Made by a program: the position numbers and the translations under genes. This document shows positions 34,901 to 49,900 of a stretch of 64,000 nt of DNA, piece after piece (positions within the stretch are counted from its first letter, which is position 1; every line of letters begins with the position of its first letter). The stretch comes from Amphiscolops sp. MND2022 (lineage: Eukaryota), in assembly GCA_964187785.1 (NCBI GenBank), contig OZ076409.1, forward strand, positions 38,938,001 through 39,002,000. The letters are read 5' to 3'. The notes beneath the pieces were generated by a model. It was not told the DNA's origin. It ran no database searches and saw nothing but the letters and a program-made list of their open reading frames with translations.

Positions 34901-37900
34901 AATCTTTAAACGAAAAAACACAGTACGTCATCCTTGAGAAATAGTCTAGTTTTCCAGGTAAAAACAACCTCTAAATTTTTCCCAAACATCTCAAACTTTT
35001 GATTTGATTTGATTGTTTTCATGCTCTATTTGTCAATTTTTTGAGCTGGGTTGAGAGTTAGAATGGTGTATATAGTCATCAACGAATATAATTGGTATCC
35101 AGTGAGCATTTTGGAAGCGATTTGTGATGTTTCGTGTTTGAAAAGCGCGTCCTACTGACACAAAAGAATGGAACGTAAGTTATGTACTGGTCTTCGCTTG
35201 TTTCAACGATAAAACAATTCGGTACTTAGCGTATTCTTAAATCCGTTGTTTCTTTGGAAAATAGGATAAGGGGAATCAAAAAGAGTGAAAACTTTTATTT
35301 CAAACTTTTTTGCATTTTCATATTGCATTGGCTATTCTTGAGTCTCGAGATTGTGTCGTTCAATCTTGTAATTGTTTCACGTTCAATTGTTCCGTTGTAT
35401 CAGCGAAAAACTTTCATTGACGAATTCATCAATTCCAAAGATCTTCTTTCTTCTCTCTTCAAAAATGACAACTAGAAGTCAAAAGTGAAAAGCTGTAGCC
35501 GAACTAGTTTCCGGAGATTTTGAAGCTTCAGTAGTTGAAAATAACTCATCTGAAAACCTAGTAGCTGGACCTAAAAAACTCTTAGAGTTGAACGTGAAAA
35601 TCTTGATGAGATAAAAACATCTTTGAGAAAAGAAATTATGTCTTATCTAACAAAGATATTAGCTGAAAATCAAAAGGAAATGTCTAAATTGATAGCACCT
35701 TTGAGCAAAAAACAGCCTGTATATCTGAACATTCAAGACTCTGATTCTGAATAACTCCAAATAAAAAAACAACACTTAATTTTTTTTCAACATTTTCTGC
35801 GTCCCTTCATACATTTTTTGGAACGGTAAAATGTTGAAAACATTTTTAAAAGTTCCATTTGGTGTTCAGCAGGCTTTTTGAAGCAATATGAGCAGACTTT
35901 GGCCCCAAAGTCCTTAGAATTGATCCTAAAAAACTCCGAAAATTCAAATTGTATACTGTTATAGACATTTACTTTTTGTGCAAGTTTGGAGGAAGTTTTG
36001 TAAATCAAAACATTTTAAAAGCTTCAAACATTAGATATATATAGCTAAACAGTACGTCATTCTTTGGAAAATTGGTGGCTTTTGAGGTTGCAAAAGACAC
36101 ACTTCGACCACTACACTCAAGTTTCTAAATTTTAACGAAAGTTGATAGTTTTGTTTTCTGAATTTTGTAAAATTTTCGAGAGGTTTCGTGGGTTAGAATA
36201 GTTAACACAATCAACAACAAATAAACGCGTCATCAACTGCGTTGTTTGGAAAAATTGCAGTTTTTTGGAGGAAAAGTCCTTGAAAAGGACCTCGAAAATA
36301 CCAAAGTTTTCTATCCTTTAACGATTTCAGTCTCTCTGTTTTTTGAAATTAGAAACATTTGGACAGTTGAAAAGTTTTAAAAAATCCAATGAAAATAACT
36401 GAGTTCAGAGCACTCTTTCAGAAGAGAAAACTGCAGTTTGGCAGAAAAACACCCCAGAATGGCCCAAAAAATTCAAAAATTAAAAAAGCTCGTTTTCCGA
36501 CAAACGTTTTCTAATTTTTGTTCAACTTACCTCCATTGACCTGAACATTCAAACATTAGGTGGATAAAAACCCTCGTACTTGAGAATAAACGAGTGAAAA
36601 GTTCCTCACTTTTCGACCAAATATTCCCAATTGCTCGTTTTGGACTTTTTCCAAATGTTTTCATGGAATAAAACATCAATGGGCTCAACGTCAAAACATG
36701 TAGCTACTAGTACAGGTTTTGAAACAATTGCACTACTGCAGAAAAGAAATGGCCAATTTTTCAAAAAAGATTTATCAGTAAAGTAATTTCTTTCCTATAC
36801 CTTTTCGTCAAACTTATTTGTTCATTAATCTTTAAACGAAAAAACGCAGTACGTCATCCTTGAGAAATAGTCTAGTTTTCCAGGTAAAAACAACCTCTAA
36901 ATTTTTCTCAAACATCTCAAACTTTTGATGTTTTTATGCTCTATTTGTCAATTTTTTGAGCTGGGTTGAGAGTTAGAATGGTGTAAATAGTCATCAACGA
37001 ATATAATTGGTATCCAGTGAGCATTTTGGAAGAGATTTGTGATGTTTCGTGTTTGAAAAGCGCGTCCTACTGACACAAAAGAATGGAACGTAAGTTATGT
37101 ACTGGTCTTCGCTTGTTTCAACGATAAAACAATTCGGTACTTAGCGTATTATTAAATCCGTTGTTTCTTTGGAAAATAGGATAAGGGGAATCAAAAAGAG
37201 TGAAAACTTTTATTTCAAACTTTTTTGCATTTTCATATTGCATTGGCTATTCTTGAGTCTCGAGATTGTGTCGTTAAATCTTGTAATTGTTTGACGTTCA
37301 ATTGTTCCGTTGTATCAGCGAAAAACTTTCATTGACGAATTCATCAATTCCAAAGATCTTCTTTCTTCTCTCTTCAAAAATGACAACTAGAAGTCAAAAG
37401 TGAAAAGCTGTAGCCGAACTAGTTTCCGGAGAATTTGAAGCTTCTAAAGTTGAAAATAACTCATCTGAAAACCTAGTAGCTGGACCTAAAAAACTCTTAG
37501 GTTTGAACGTGAAAATCTTGATGAGATAAAAACATCTTTGAGAACAGAAATTATGTCTGATCTAACAAAGACATTAGCTGAAAATCAAAAGGAAATGTCT
37601 AAATTGATAGCACCTTTGAGCAAAAAACAGCCTGTATATCTGAACATTCAAGACTCTGATTCTGAATAACTCCAAATAAAAAAACAACACCGAAATTTTT
37701 TTCAACATTTTCTGCGTCCCTTCATACATTTTTTGGAACGGTAAAATGTTGAAAACATTTTTAAAAGTTCCATTTGGTGTTCAGCAGGCTTTTTGAAGCA
37801 ATATGAGCAGACTTTGGCCCCAAAGTCCTTAGAATTGATCCTAAAAAACTCCGAAAATTCAAATTGTATACTGTTATAGACATTTACTTTTTGTGCAAGT

Positions 37901-39131
37901 TTGGAGGAAGTTTTGTAAATCAAAACATTTTAAAAGCTTCAAACATTAGATATATATAGCTAAACAGTACGTCATTCTTTGGAAAATTGGTGGCTTTTGA
38001 GGTTGCAAAAGACACACTTCGACCACTACACTCAATTTTCTAAATTTTAACGAAAGTTGATAGTTTTGTGTTCTGAATTTTGTAAAATTTTCGAGAGGCT
38101 TCGTGGGTTAGAATAGTTAACACATTCAACAACAAACAAACGCCTCGTCAACTGCGCTGTTTGGAAAAAGTGCGGTTTTTTGGGAGAAAATTCCTTGAAA
38201 AGAACCCGGAAATTACCAAAGTTTTCTATCCTTTTACGACTTCAGTCTCATGAGTTCACAGCATACTTTTAAAAGAGAAAATTGCAGTTTGGTAGAAAAA
38301 CACCCCAGAATGGCCCAAAAGATTCAAAAGTTTTAAAAAAGCTCGTTTTCTGACAAACGTTTTCTAATTTTTGTTCAACTTCGCTCCATTGACCTGAACA
38401 TTCAAACATTAGGTGGATAAAAGCCCTCGTACTTGAGAACAAACGAGTGAAGAGTTCCTCACGTATCGACCAAATACTCCCAATTGCTCATTTCGGACTT
38501 TTTCCAAATGTTTTCATGGAATGAAACATCAATGGGCTCAAGGTCAAAACATAGAGCTACCAATAGAGGTTTCGAAACAATTGCACTACTGCAGAAAAGA
38601 AATGGCCAATTTTCCAAAAAAGATTTGTCAATAACGTACTTACTTTTTTTTCTCGACCTTTTCGTCAATTTTTTCTGTTCATCAAGCTCTAAACGAAAAA
38701 ACACAGTACGTCATCCCTGAGAAATAGTCTAGTTTTCCAGGTAAAAACAGCCTCTAACTATTTGCCAAACATCCCAAACTTTTGATGTTTTCATGCTTTA
38801 TTTGTCAAATTTTTGAGCTAGCTTGAGAGTTAGAATGGTGTAATTAGTCATCAACGACTATATTTGGTATCCAGTGAGCACTTTTAAAGAGATTTGTGAT
38901 ACTTCGTGTTTGAAAAGCGTGTCCTACTGACACAAAAGAATGAAACGTAAGTTATGTACTGGTCTTCGCTTATTTCAACAATAAAACAATTCGGTGCTTA
39001 GCGTATTCTTGAATCTGTTGTTTCTTTGGAAAATAGGATAAGGAGAATCAAAAAGTGTCAGAACTTTTATTTCAAACTTCTTTGCATTTTCATATTGCAC
39101 TTGCTATTCTTGAGTCTCGAGATTGTGTCGT
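31511..39131 (+). repeat. Tandem array of four ~1.9 kb units (LTR/gag fragment + ~1.5 kb non-coding repeat)
   Basis: Units start TCGTT(C/A)AATCTTGTAA at 31511, 33427, 35356 and 37271. Periods are 1916, 1929, 1915 and 1857 bp. The non-coding part has an inverted, diverged relative at about 51900-52450. Confidence 0.97.
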
Positions 39132-40539
39132 ATAAGAACAGTTTGGAGCAAAAAACATTCCGCTGGTCCTGCTGGCGTCTTGTTTTCAAAACATCGTCAA
39201 TCGGAAACTTCAAAGAATTATAAATGAGTATTGATCATGATCAAGATATTTATAAAATTGAACGTGAACCGAAGCAGACTGCCGAACGACAGTTGGAGAC
39301 CCGGAAGAACATTTCGAAATTGAGGAAACCGTAACAAGATACGAAGGTTCCAAGCTGGCGCCCGTCTTAAGACCCAAAAGGCGCTCATTTTTTCGAATAT
39401 GCTAAAACGTTTAGGAAAGTTCGAAAAATTTCACTGTGCCGAAAGCACCCTTTGAGTTTGAAAAAGACACAATCTTCATTCAAGTAATAAAAAAACCAAA
39501 AGGGACCGCACGGCGAAATGAAAATGTTCTCAAAAAAGTCGTACAGCTCCAGAAAAATCTTGAGGTGGAATGTTTCAGGTTTATGTGGTTTCGTAAAATT
39601 TTGAAACGTTGAGAGGGAGCAACCTTCAGCCCTTTTACAGCGGTTCAGATCTTAGGCTAGAAGATTCCTCAGAAGTGGACCTTCCAGAGTAGAATTGGGC
39701 GTCTTACAAAAACAACCTGCCACTGTAAGAACATGACACTCGTCTCGAAATGGATATTAACAGGAGAACGTCTGAAGTTGGCGTCAGCTGACGGGTCACA
39801 ATGCACTGAGTTTTCCAAATGAGCTCAAGGCGTTTTTAAGGAACATTGCAAAAATATAAGAGTTCTAAAAATACCCAAGGCGAGCCTTTTGCGCCCAGAA
39901 AACGCTTTTGACCATCTAAAATTCTGGAAAGAAAAAATTGCCAGAAAATTTGCTGGCCAAAAGTTGCACAGATCCGAAAATCTTGACACTCAACGCATTT
40001 GGAACATACTGTTCCAACTGGAACACGAAAAAAGCAAGGGGAGAAATTGAAGTTTTCCAAAAAAATGCAATGCTCCAAAAAAACCTCAAGGATTGTTATT
40101 CGATCTCTTCTTGTTTGGGGGATACAATAAGTTAATATAAAATTCATACGCAGTAACCTTTGCTCTCATTGGTGTGTGAGGTCTGTGGCCTGACGAAAAC
40201 ATTTTAATAGTCAGCAACTTTTCGTTACAAGCCCCGACTAAAAACTAGTTACCATAATAGTCAGGCGTGTTTTCTAATAACAGGGACTTCTTTTGAAGTT
40301 TTCAGTTCTCGAAGTTCTGTCCTTCTCGGACAAATATTTTAACATTCTACAAAGTGTTGAACTTTTTGAACCGAAGCAAATACTTTCGAAACAACCATTT
40401 CTACGGGTTAAAGCCAGGAAGGACTTTTACTGTCAATCAAAATCAATCGATAATCGGAATGCTTTCAAATGGCTAAAACATGCATGGATTTGTTCCATAC
40501 ATTTTTGTTGGGCGTACCGGAAAGAAAAACACTTTCCGA

Positions 40540-43500
40540 ATATACGAATTCTGCAAACAACGCTACGAGAAGAAAAGACAGAGTTGTGAAGAATGCTTCA
40601 CAATGAGACAAAAAAACACTCGACCGACATATATTCCTTTCGAGAAAGCATAACAACAAAGAAGCATTCACCAATTCTGGAATAAACTGAATGGTCTGGC
40701 TACTAAAGCAGATTTTGGAGATCAAACGAAAGTGTCAGTCTACGATGTATTCATTTTGAACATGTCCAATGAGCAAGTTCAGGAGATACTATACACGGAA
40801 TCAAAGAACACGCCTGCAGAAGCACACGTTTGCGATAGCATACGAAGTTGGGCGGAAACGCTAAAGAACGTATAAGGATTCGGAGACAAAATGATGGTGA
40901 CGAAAGTCGACGACGACCACGAGAGTAGGCACCCATACTACATGGAACGGGAAAACATTTAAAACCATGATCCTCATGATGATCCAGACGGGCTCGACGA
41001 TGACTAAACTCGCGCTGGACGAAATAAAATAACTATGGATACTAAAGGCTTTGCAAGACAGAAAACAAAATTGAGAACGAGAAAACCATAAACTTCAACA
41101 AGAGAACAGTAAAACTACTGGGCAACGTTTTTTTCAAAATTCTCTTTTCCCATTTTTTTTCGAAAGTTTTCTAATGTCTCCAAAAGGTCACCCTTCAATT
41201 GTTTTGATATCTTGCAACAAACTGGACTTTCAAAAAGCTCAAATGGTCCTCTCTTTTACAATTGTACACACTTTCGTTTTTTAAGCCTGGGATATAGCGC
41301 CGACTTTAGACGTTCCCGTCTTGTAGTGCCGCCAGATTTTCAAAAAGTATTGGATTAAAAAGTTAGCAAATGTTAGAGAGGTTTTTGTAATTATAGACGA
41401 TGTGTTATCTGTAACCAAAGGAACAAAGAGTGAATATTTGGCAAAAGTGCGGGGAATACTAAAACTTTACTAATGGCGAATATGCAAATAAAGTGTGTAA
41501 CTTTGCAATGGAATGTTATAGAAGGTGTAAAATTGCAATCGTGAAAATAAAGTGATTGAGATTCATTTCAACTCGTACAGGAATTTCGCCAATAAACGAG
41601 AAAATGCTAGCATTGTTGAATAGGCTAAGACCGAGGAATCTGGGAGAACTTCGATCCTTTCTAGGGCCTGTGAGCCAGCTGAATTGATTTATCCTGGATC
41701 TTGCAATTATCTGCGCACCGTTACGCGCAATACTGAAAAAGGATGGAGAAAGGAACTGGACAGAGAACTACAAAACAACCTTTCAAAAAATGAATGAGAA
41801 AGTTGAAAAGGTAACACATTTTGAAAAATTTTATATGACGCTAGCAAGACGGACTGGGGACAGTCCTTCTGCAGTGTGAAAATAACACAAGGAAACCAAT
41901 TTCGTATGAATCAAAATTTTTAACAGAATTCGAAATGGCACAGTCTATCAACGTGCTAGAAATTCGCGCTGACGTGTGGTCTGTTTGTTTTTCAAAAATT
42001 ATGTGTTTTGTCCACTTTTGGAATCCTTTCTAATCAAAAGACATTGAAAAGTGTCCCGAGTGCTAACAAAGGAAATAAAACGGTCTCATGTCGATTTACG
42101 CGATGGGTAGATTGCCTCCTACCTTACGGTTCCCAAGATGTACATACACCGCGGAGAACGCTGGCAATGGCAGAATATATGTCAAGGCAACCATCTCTCT
42201 GTTATGTCAATCATAAAGTTATACAGGTTAAGTATACAGTCAGAAACAAATGTTCAAAGATTGGTTCACAATAAACATTGTACAAGGATTCCCATACGGT
42301 TTAAAACAGACGGTATTGGCAAAATGGAATGAGCCAATCAAATCACGGGAAAAGCAAAGAAGAACGCGAATGTGAAACTGTGTTGACCGTGTTAAGCGAA
42401 AGTGAGGGAAACCTAAGTCGTGATAAGAATATTCAACGTTGTAACCTGCCCTGAAACGTTAATTCAAAGAATGTGGACAACCAGCCTGGAAAGGGTAAAC
42501 TATTGAATTCGTCCAGAATTAGCCAACTTCACGGTAAAACAAAATTGAGAAAGAAGGCAATTCGATGATTTTTGTAAGACTAGTGACAGAACGAAAAGTC
42601 GGGGAACATTCGAGGCTTCCTCCAACATAGAAAGACAAATTCAATTCATACAGCTAAGTCATTCATCCTAATAATAACGGTTTATTTTACATGGACCGAT
42701 GATTAGTTATCCCGAGAGACATGCGGAACAATTCGTTTTGTCCATACACTTCAAACAAGTGAAGCATCGCATGTACCGTATTCATCAAGAGATAGTTGAT
42801 AAGGCTACATGATGTCCACAATGTAGCCAGTCAGGTAAGAATTTGAAAAGATTACTATCACAAAATGAGTTCCGAAAACTGCCAAAACCTAGAACTTTTG
42901 ACGACGAACTCTCGCTGGATTTCGCCAGTCCATTTCAAAACGCTCTAAAAGAAGAATTTTTTAAGTGTCAGATGACAAAAATTCTGGATGGCCTAAAGTG
43001 ATGTTTCTTCCGGATATAAGAACCAATATATTTTTTGGTAGAGAACAATATAAGAAATGGTATCTTGAAGAGAAATGGAACAGACTTGGCAGAGTCCGAA
43101 AGACGAAACTAAAATCACTCTTGTAGGGAATTTTATTTCGTAGTGGTCAGGTGGTCTCTTCGTTACTAGACCACCGGAGATCTGTCAACGAGCGCTCAAG
43201 AAAATATAAGGACCTGGTGTTAAATAAGAATAGATCAGGACTATCAAAATTTCTACTCGTGCTCAGGACAGAAATAGGACCGTCCGGAAAGTCGGCATTT
43301 GAACTGCATGTGGGTAGAAAGCCGAATACACTGAAATTGACTACAGTCAGGCAGTTTTTTCAAGGAGCAGACCCAAAGTTCGAAATGACTTCAGCAAATT
43401 CATTAACAATCCTCGTCCGGGAAGGTGTGCGCGGATTCAAGTTCAAACGAGCATTCAAGAAGAAAAAAAGGTGTCAATACGGGAGAGACACACCATATCG

Positions 43501-43960
43501 ATCCTGCCTAACACAGAAAACAATGGCGTTTTTGTAAAGAGGCGTGGCCGTGTAAAAGACAATACTAGGAATAGAACAACTAACGGGGGAAACGCAAAAC
43601 AATGAAATTCGCCACAAAAGAAGAAGAATCCATGTGTGTTCAACTCCTGCAGCAAGGAGATTGAAACACCAAGATGCAGTTAGTGTGATGACGACATGGA
43701 AAACAATAGCGTAACACTGTTAACGCTGACAAGTACCAACCATTAAACAAACTAAAAAAAAGCTTAGTAGAGAAAAAATCAAGCGAAGAAAAGAGTTGCG
43801 AGAAAGAAGAAGATCCGGGAAACAAAGACGAAAGCTACAGGGAAAGTGAGCAAGACAAAGCTGCAGTTGAAGAAGAACACAACGCTTCAATGACGGCCAA
43901 TTTCGAATGGGCGAAAGTGGTACGGATAACGAAGGTACCGGAACGGCTATGAATTAAGAT
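40540..43960 (+). pseudogene. Old, highly decayed Gypsy element (gag, RT, RNase H, integrase remnants)
   Basis: gag-like QFWNKLNGLATKADFGDQT..VYDVFILNM near 40670. RT DFQKVLD..VFVIIDDVL near 41335-41410. LRSFLG near 41650. RNase H DASK near 41840. Integrase LSLDFASP and SAFELHVGRKPNT. Confidence 0.8.
41120..41325 (-). repeat. Copy of the 6060-6541 repeat family inserted in the Gypsy relic
   Basis: Ends GCCGACTTTAGACGTTCCCGTCTTGT. Confidence 0.65.
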
Positions 43961-44444
43961 TGTGTTCACCAAAATGGAGATAGACGAGAGAAAGGAACGC
44001 TATTGGCCCAAACTTTGAAAAGAACTCAAAAACATGAAAACGTTGAGTTTAGTATTGTTGAAGTATTATACTATTCTGATTGGTCCACTAGTATCCAATC
44101 ACGTGTTCGTAAAATGCAATAAATTTGCAGCCTAGCCTTGAATGTGTTTGTTTTTTGTACTTCTGATGTTCTGATTATTGTTATTAGTTACTTTACCCAA
44201 TATCAGTTACTGACTGGAATGTGACAGAGCGTTACAAAATTGTAAATATGTCACTCATTAGCCTATCGCTAAACAAACAGTAATTATCACATCGAACTAA
44301 ATTGCCAAAAAGGAAAGAAACGTCATTCGCACCTTATTTGTCATATTTCATGTTAGTTACACACTTTTCTTTCTCGAAAGCACAAAAGTCGTCTCCAATG
44401 ATCCCTTTTTCCAAGATTCCAAAATCGACTGTGTAGTGTGGTGG

Positions 44445-46489
44445 TGTTACAACTATTTACCGGCGTTGTTTTTGAAGTAGTCGTTTTCGTTCTACTTGGT
44501 GTCGACGTTGTGTTTAGTAGAATGTTTTCTGATTCAGAATCGGAGTTTTCTAAGTTTTAAACAGTAGATGTCATTTTGATGGCTAGAGCTAGCAGTTTTA
44601 GCACTTCCTTTTGATTATCAGCATAGATTTTAGTGAGATCAGACATAATTTCCTTTCTTATAATAGACGTTTTAATTTTGTCTAATCTCTCAGGTTGAAT
44701 TCTGGGTAGTTTACTTGGTCCTGCTACGAGATTCTCAACTAAGTTGTTTTCAGAAGTCGAAGCTTCAAACCTGAGGCTAACTCAACAACTGCTTTTCTTT
44801 CCTTGCTTCTAGTACTCCTTTTCGAATGAAAAGATGTGAGTGATATTTGGAAAAAGTGATTTCGTTAAAGACGTTTTACGTTTCAAACAGGGTGACTAAA
44901 GTGGTTCATAAAAAACGGTAATAATGTTAGTCCTGTGTTAATCATGTATCGAAATTCCTATATGCGTTGTCATTCCGTAATTCCCGTTGAAACCATTTCT
45001 GTTCAGGCAGTCCCATTTTCTGTTTCAACTCTAAAATTTCTGAAAAATAATATTCTAGTTGACATTTTCATCGACAAATGTACGCCGGTGTGATCAATTA
45101 GTCAACTTCTAAGTTGGGAAAAATGATATTCAAGACAAACGAATGGCACTCGACAATTGCAACGCTATTACAACGGAGCAAAGAGTTTTGGAGTTGAGTA
45201 TAAATTGTATAAAGTACTTGCTTCTCTTACATAAGATACAAAGTTGAACCATACGATGCGTTAAACGAAAACCAACAATAACTTTACCATCCAGTATAAA
45301 ACAGTATGAAATCTAATTACATGTATTGGCACAAATCGTTTGAAAGCCAGATTGATGCAGGCATTTTAGCATTAACATAAATTATCTGCCAACAATACAA
45401 GTTATGGATAAACGTTGACCCTACGTCGCACTTTTAACTCTAGTTCTAGAATGCTGTATAACTTCATGATTAGATGGACAAATATGTACTCTTGAAATGT
45501 CATTCTTGGCGTGATGTCAACGTAGATTAAGAAAGCTCCTTTGAGGATATCGAGATTTATCAACACACTTTGTAATCCGTCCTCACAGTACAGCTTTTCT
45601 TATTTGAAATCCTACTTTTAGAATCTATAAATGCGACGTTACAGAAAACAATCACCTAAGGAATTAGTTTGAACTATTGATTCGTTGTAACGATTTTACA
45701 ATTTGCTCCGTAGTCGCTCCGTACGTATTAGGATTAAGTATAGCTTTAAGTTCTTACATTTCACTCCGTAGTCACTCCGTACGTATTAAAATTAGGTATA
45801 ATCGAGCAGCGGCAGACGGAGATATAGCGGAGTGCGTAGGCCTGCATTCTCTTTCTCTTAGCTAGTCGTAGATTTTTATTAAATTAAGCTCGCGTCCTAT
45901 CGGAATGAGCTCAAATAAGTCTACTGAGGGATGACCCTATTGGTCCGTAAAAATAGAAACACCAGTTACTAGCTCAGTAGAGTGACGCAGTCATAATGTT
46001 GTAATTATTCGCTCAAATTGCTTGACTGTACTTTAAGTGAATTCTGGCAACTACTTTAATCCTTTAGAAAACAATGCACCTTATTATTTTGTATGTCCTT
46101 CTCAATATAAAATGTATGAGTTACGTTTGGATTACGGAGATAAATCTCATCTTTGATGTTTTCATATCAGGGTGGAAAGAGAGCAAATTTTCTGTAACGT
46201 AATTTGTCTCTGTTTTGCTATTTACATTGGCATGTGAATTTCAGAATATAAACCGGAAATAAAATGATCACGTGTAAAATGTCAAACAGGAAATTTTAGC
46301 AAGATCAAAATCATTTCCTAAATTGTTCCGTAACTTTGTTATCCGAGAATAAATCTACAAACAGCCTAGCTGTATTGTAAATAGAATTGACTGAAGTTTT
46401 AATACTTGCTGTAGCCATGGCTGAAAATTCTTGTGAATCTGGGAATTCCGACACAGCAGGTGAAGAAACGACCGTAGCGGGTCGTCACA
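44445..46489 (-). mobile_element. Diverged solo LTR of family C (~2045 bp) containing a decayed gag N-terminus
   Basis: Termini TGTGACGAC...GTTGTAACA on the minus strand. Collinear inverted homology to 20631-22240/23016-25200. Frame STRSKERKAVVELASG...SDSESE...TTPVNSCN (44819-44445) runs to the LTR end. Flanks GGTGG/TCTGG match only 3/5. Confidence 0.8.
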
Positions 46490-46929
46490 TCTGGCTAATT
46501 GCATCTCTAAAAACTGACATGTCCTTTAAGATTTCTAACTACAGAACGGGCATTCCTAACATAAAAATAAGAAAAAAAATGTTTTTCAATCTTTTTGGTC
46601 TAATATTTAATTTATTAGTATCAAAAGAAATGCCTGTGCAACCAATAAATGGACAATCCCCAATGAGATACAAACTAAGATCCAAGTGCAAACATTTTAA
46701 GCATGATTATTTTTTTATATGCATAATCTCTCCACTAAATAATAAATATTCCTCTTTTGGAAAATTTGGAACAAACATCAATTGGCGAGCCTAGTTCTTC
46801 CCTAATTTCAAGATTGCAAACCACCTCCAACCTGTTTTTTCAATGGAAACTCTCTTTAAGCAGCGACATTGAATTAAATCCAGGACCTCTAATAAACTTC
46901 AAGTAATTAACAACCTTGTTAAAGAAGGA

Positions 46930-49900
46930 AAATAGCATTTTGAAGTTTTGCCACCTGAATGCACTAAGTTTACTTAAAAAAAATCGACACTCGAAAATCG
47001 CATCAACGATTTTCGTGCAAACACCACTTTTGGTTTTTCAGAATCTTGGCTATAAATCAGCGATGACCCGATATTATGGCAAATAAGCCCAACTCACTTC
47101 AAAACCTATCGGACTGATAGAGAAGCATCAAATAGAGAAAATGGTGGAGGAGTAAGGCTAATAACTCCTACATGCCTTAATCCCAAAACGCGCAACGATC
47201 TAAAGTGTCTGAAAAAACAACTCTTTGAAAATCTCTGGATCGAATGAAGCTTGAATAATAGTACTTCAAATAGGCGAAAGCAATTGATTAAATTTAGCTA
47301 CAATCCGAAAAAAGCATACTACTATCATAAGTTTTGATTAGCAGTTGTTGAAAATAAACCACTGATAATGATGGGTGATTACAACTTAAAGTATCTGAAC
47401 CAAAGAAAAAGAGAAGACCTTGAGACTGTAATATTGCCCTATGGGTTAACAACAATCAATACTGATCAACCAACCAGAATAGGCAAAAAAGCGTTATCAT
47501 TGATAGATTATATCATCACGGATCACTATAATGCTAATTCTTTTTCATCATTTGTATCTGACACCCGTTTGGTACATAAGCTAACAAAACAATTGAATAT
47601 TTTGTGACTTCTGTGATTAGTAATACTAAATTGCAACCGTCGCCATAAGTTTTCATGAAAGAATCTACGATAAAAAGTCATATAGAAACGAACTTTTTCA
47701 AAACTTTTGGATAATTGTAACTGGAGAAACTTTTATGGACAAACATATCCTGAGGGAATATTCTCAATTTTAGCGAGTTTTATGGAAAATTCTTTGCATA
47801 AATCGGTATCAAAAAAGAAAGTGTTTATGCGCAATGATATGATATCCGCAAAATCAATAAACAAGAAAGCAATACGATCTATCGTTTCTTTGGTGTAAAG
47901 TAGTCAAACATTGATCACTTTCTCCGTTTTCAATGAGTGATATTTCCAAGTACTCGAAAAATGAATTCTAGTCAAACATTGAGTAATTTACGTGGTCGAT
48001 AGCTCTAAGTACTCGAAAAGAGAATTCTAGTCAAACATTGACTAATTTACGCTTTATACACGTTACGGAATTGAGCCAATTGTAGGTTGAAATTCTTGAC
48101 TGGTTTCGACTTTTCTCTAATTACGCTCAATGAGCACAATCCGCAAATTCTGATTACACTCTGCATCAAAATTCACGATGAACACATTGCACTGTTTGAC
48201 TAGAATACGGTTCGTTCTCGTTTTACGGAAAATACACGTTACACTTGATGATAAATTCCACTTTTGCGGCATATGTGTCGTAATGATAATCTAACCATTC
48301 ATCAGACGTGGGTTTCTACTTAGACCAAACGTCTTTATACCAAAATTAGGCAAGATATGAATCTAAATGACTTAGAATACGAAGACATACAAAAGCAATC
48401 CATTCGTAATCTTAATTTAGATCGCGAAGACAATAAATCTAAATATTTCCTCGAATTAACTAATGAACGAGAAATATGAAACTTCAATATTGAGGCACGA
48501 AACTCACTGAGAACCAAAACTGTCATCCCATCTTTAAAAAATGTTTTCGGAGATTTTGTTACAGATCAAAGGAAAGTAGCAAACCTCCTCAACTATAGTT
48601 TTTCAAAATTGGACTATTTCATTGGGCAATGCAAGTTTTTCAAAGAAGAAACGTTTCATATTTCTTCGATCCCAACTTTTTCAAAATTTGGTTTTCATCC
48701 GATAACTCTGTTTGAACGCACAAAAATAGTGAGGGGCTTAAATACAAAGAAACCACTTGGTCCATCTAATATACCTGCATGGGCGCTTAAGGATTCTTAA
48801 AATGTCATTGCTGAACCGCTCACCTTCCTAATAAATGCATTTCTTGAGCAGGGAAAATTTCCAAGTCATCTTAAAAGAGCTCATGTAATACCAATATACA
48901 CAAATGGTGACACAGAAGAGCCAAACAATTAAAGACCCATATCAATAGCTTCAACCTTATCGGAAGTTTTTGAAAAAGTAATTTGCAATCAAAAACTAGA
49001 ACATCTCGAAAGAAAAAATTTACTAAGCCAAATTCAATTTGATTTCAGAGCAAAGTACTCGACAAGAGATGCTCTCTTGTATGCTACGGAAAAAACAAGA
49101 TCTGATATTGATAAGAACAAAATGGTAGCTGCAGCCTTTCTTGATCTATCTGAAGCTTTCGATTTCGTCTCCCATGAAATTCTTTTGGAAAACCTCGAAT
49201 TATTAGGTTTCGATCAAATAGCTATTTCTTTAATTAAAAGCTACCTAAGTAACAGAACGCAAAAAGTTGTTCTCCAAAATACATCATCTGATTGGGTTTA
49301 GTTATTTCAGGGTATTCGGGTGTTCCACAAGGTACTCTTCTCGGTCCTCTTTTAGTTAATCTATATGTTAATAGTATGCAGAATGCAATCCAAAAATCAT
49401 GTGAACTGGTTCAATATGCAGATGACACTTTTCGTTTTGTCTCCAATGAATGTCCCAATACTGCCATAAGTCAACTTGAAGCTAATGCTGCCCACTTAGT
49501 TGACTATTTTAAAAGGCATCGATTAAATCTCAACGAGAATAAAACTGAATTCATTGTTTTCAGTAAAAGATCTAATATTATTTCTACAAAAAATCTAACA
49601 TTCAATTTGGATAGATGGTATTTACAGAATTTTGATAGCTGTCGTGAGCAATATCAGGAAAAGTTGTTACAAATAGTCCATACGAAGTTGAAATTTCATC
49701 AAACCAAATACAATAGTTTATGGAATACCAATCATTAATAATGGAACTAAAAACGAAGTTTGGACCACATAATTTCTGTTTCTTATCCAACAACAACCCC
49801 CCCATTTAAGTCCCCCCCAAACAAAAGAGAGTAGGTCACTATTCCAAGGTGGTGAGCATCATCAACAAAACAACCCAACAAACTTGAAAATTTTATCAAC

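Noticed and set aside
33325..39223. Identical 73-aa ORFs recurring in the array (MENRIRG..., MIYKTSS...)
   Set aside because: Non-ATG starts and no domain. Identity is explained by the tandem duplication, and they are broken in other units.
44050..44240. Possible 3' LTR of the 40540-43960 Gypsy relic
   Set aside because: It has CCAAT and AATAAA-like signals, but no matching 5' copy or clear PPT could be identified.
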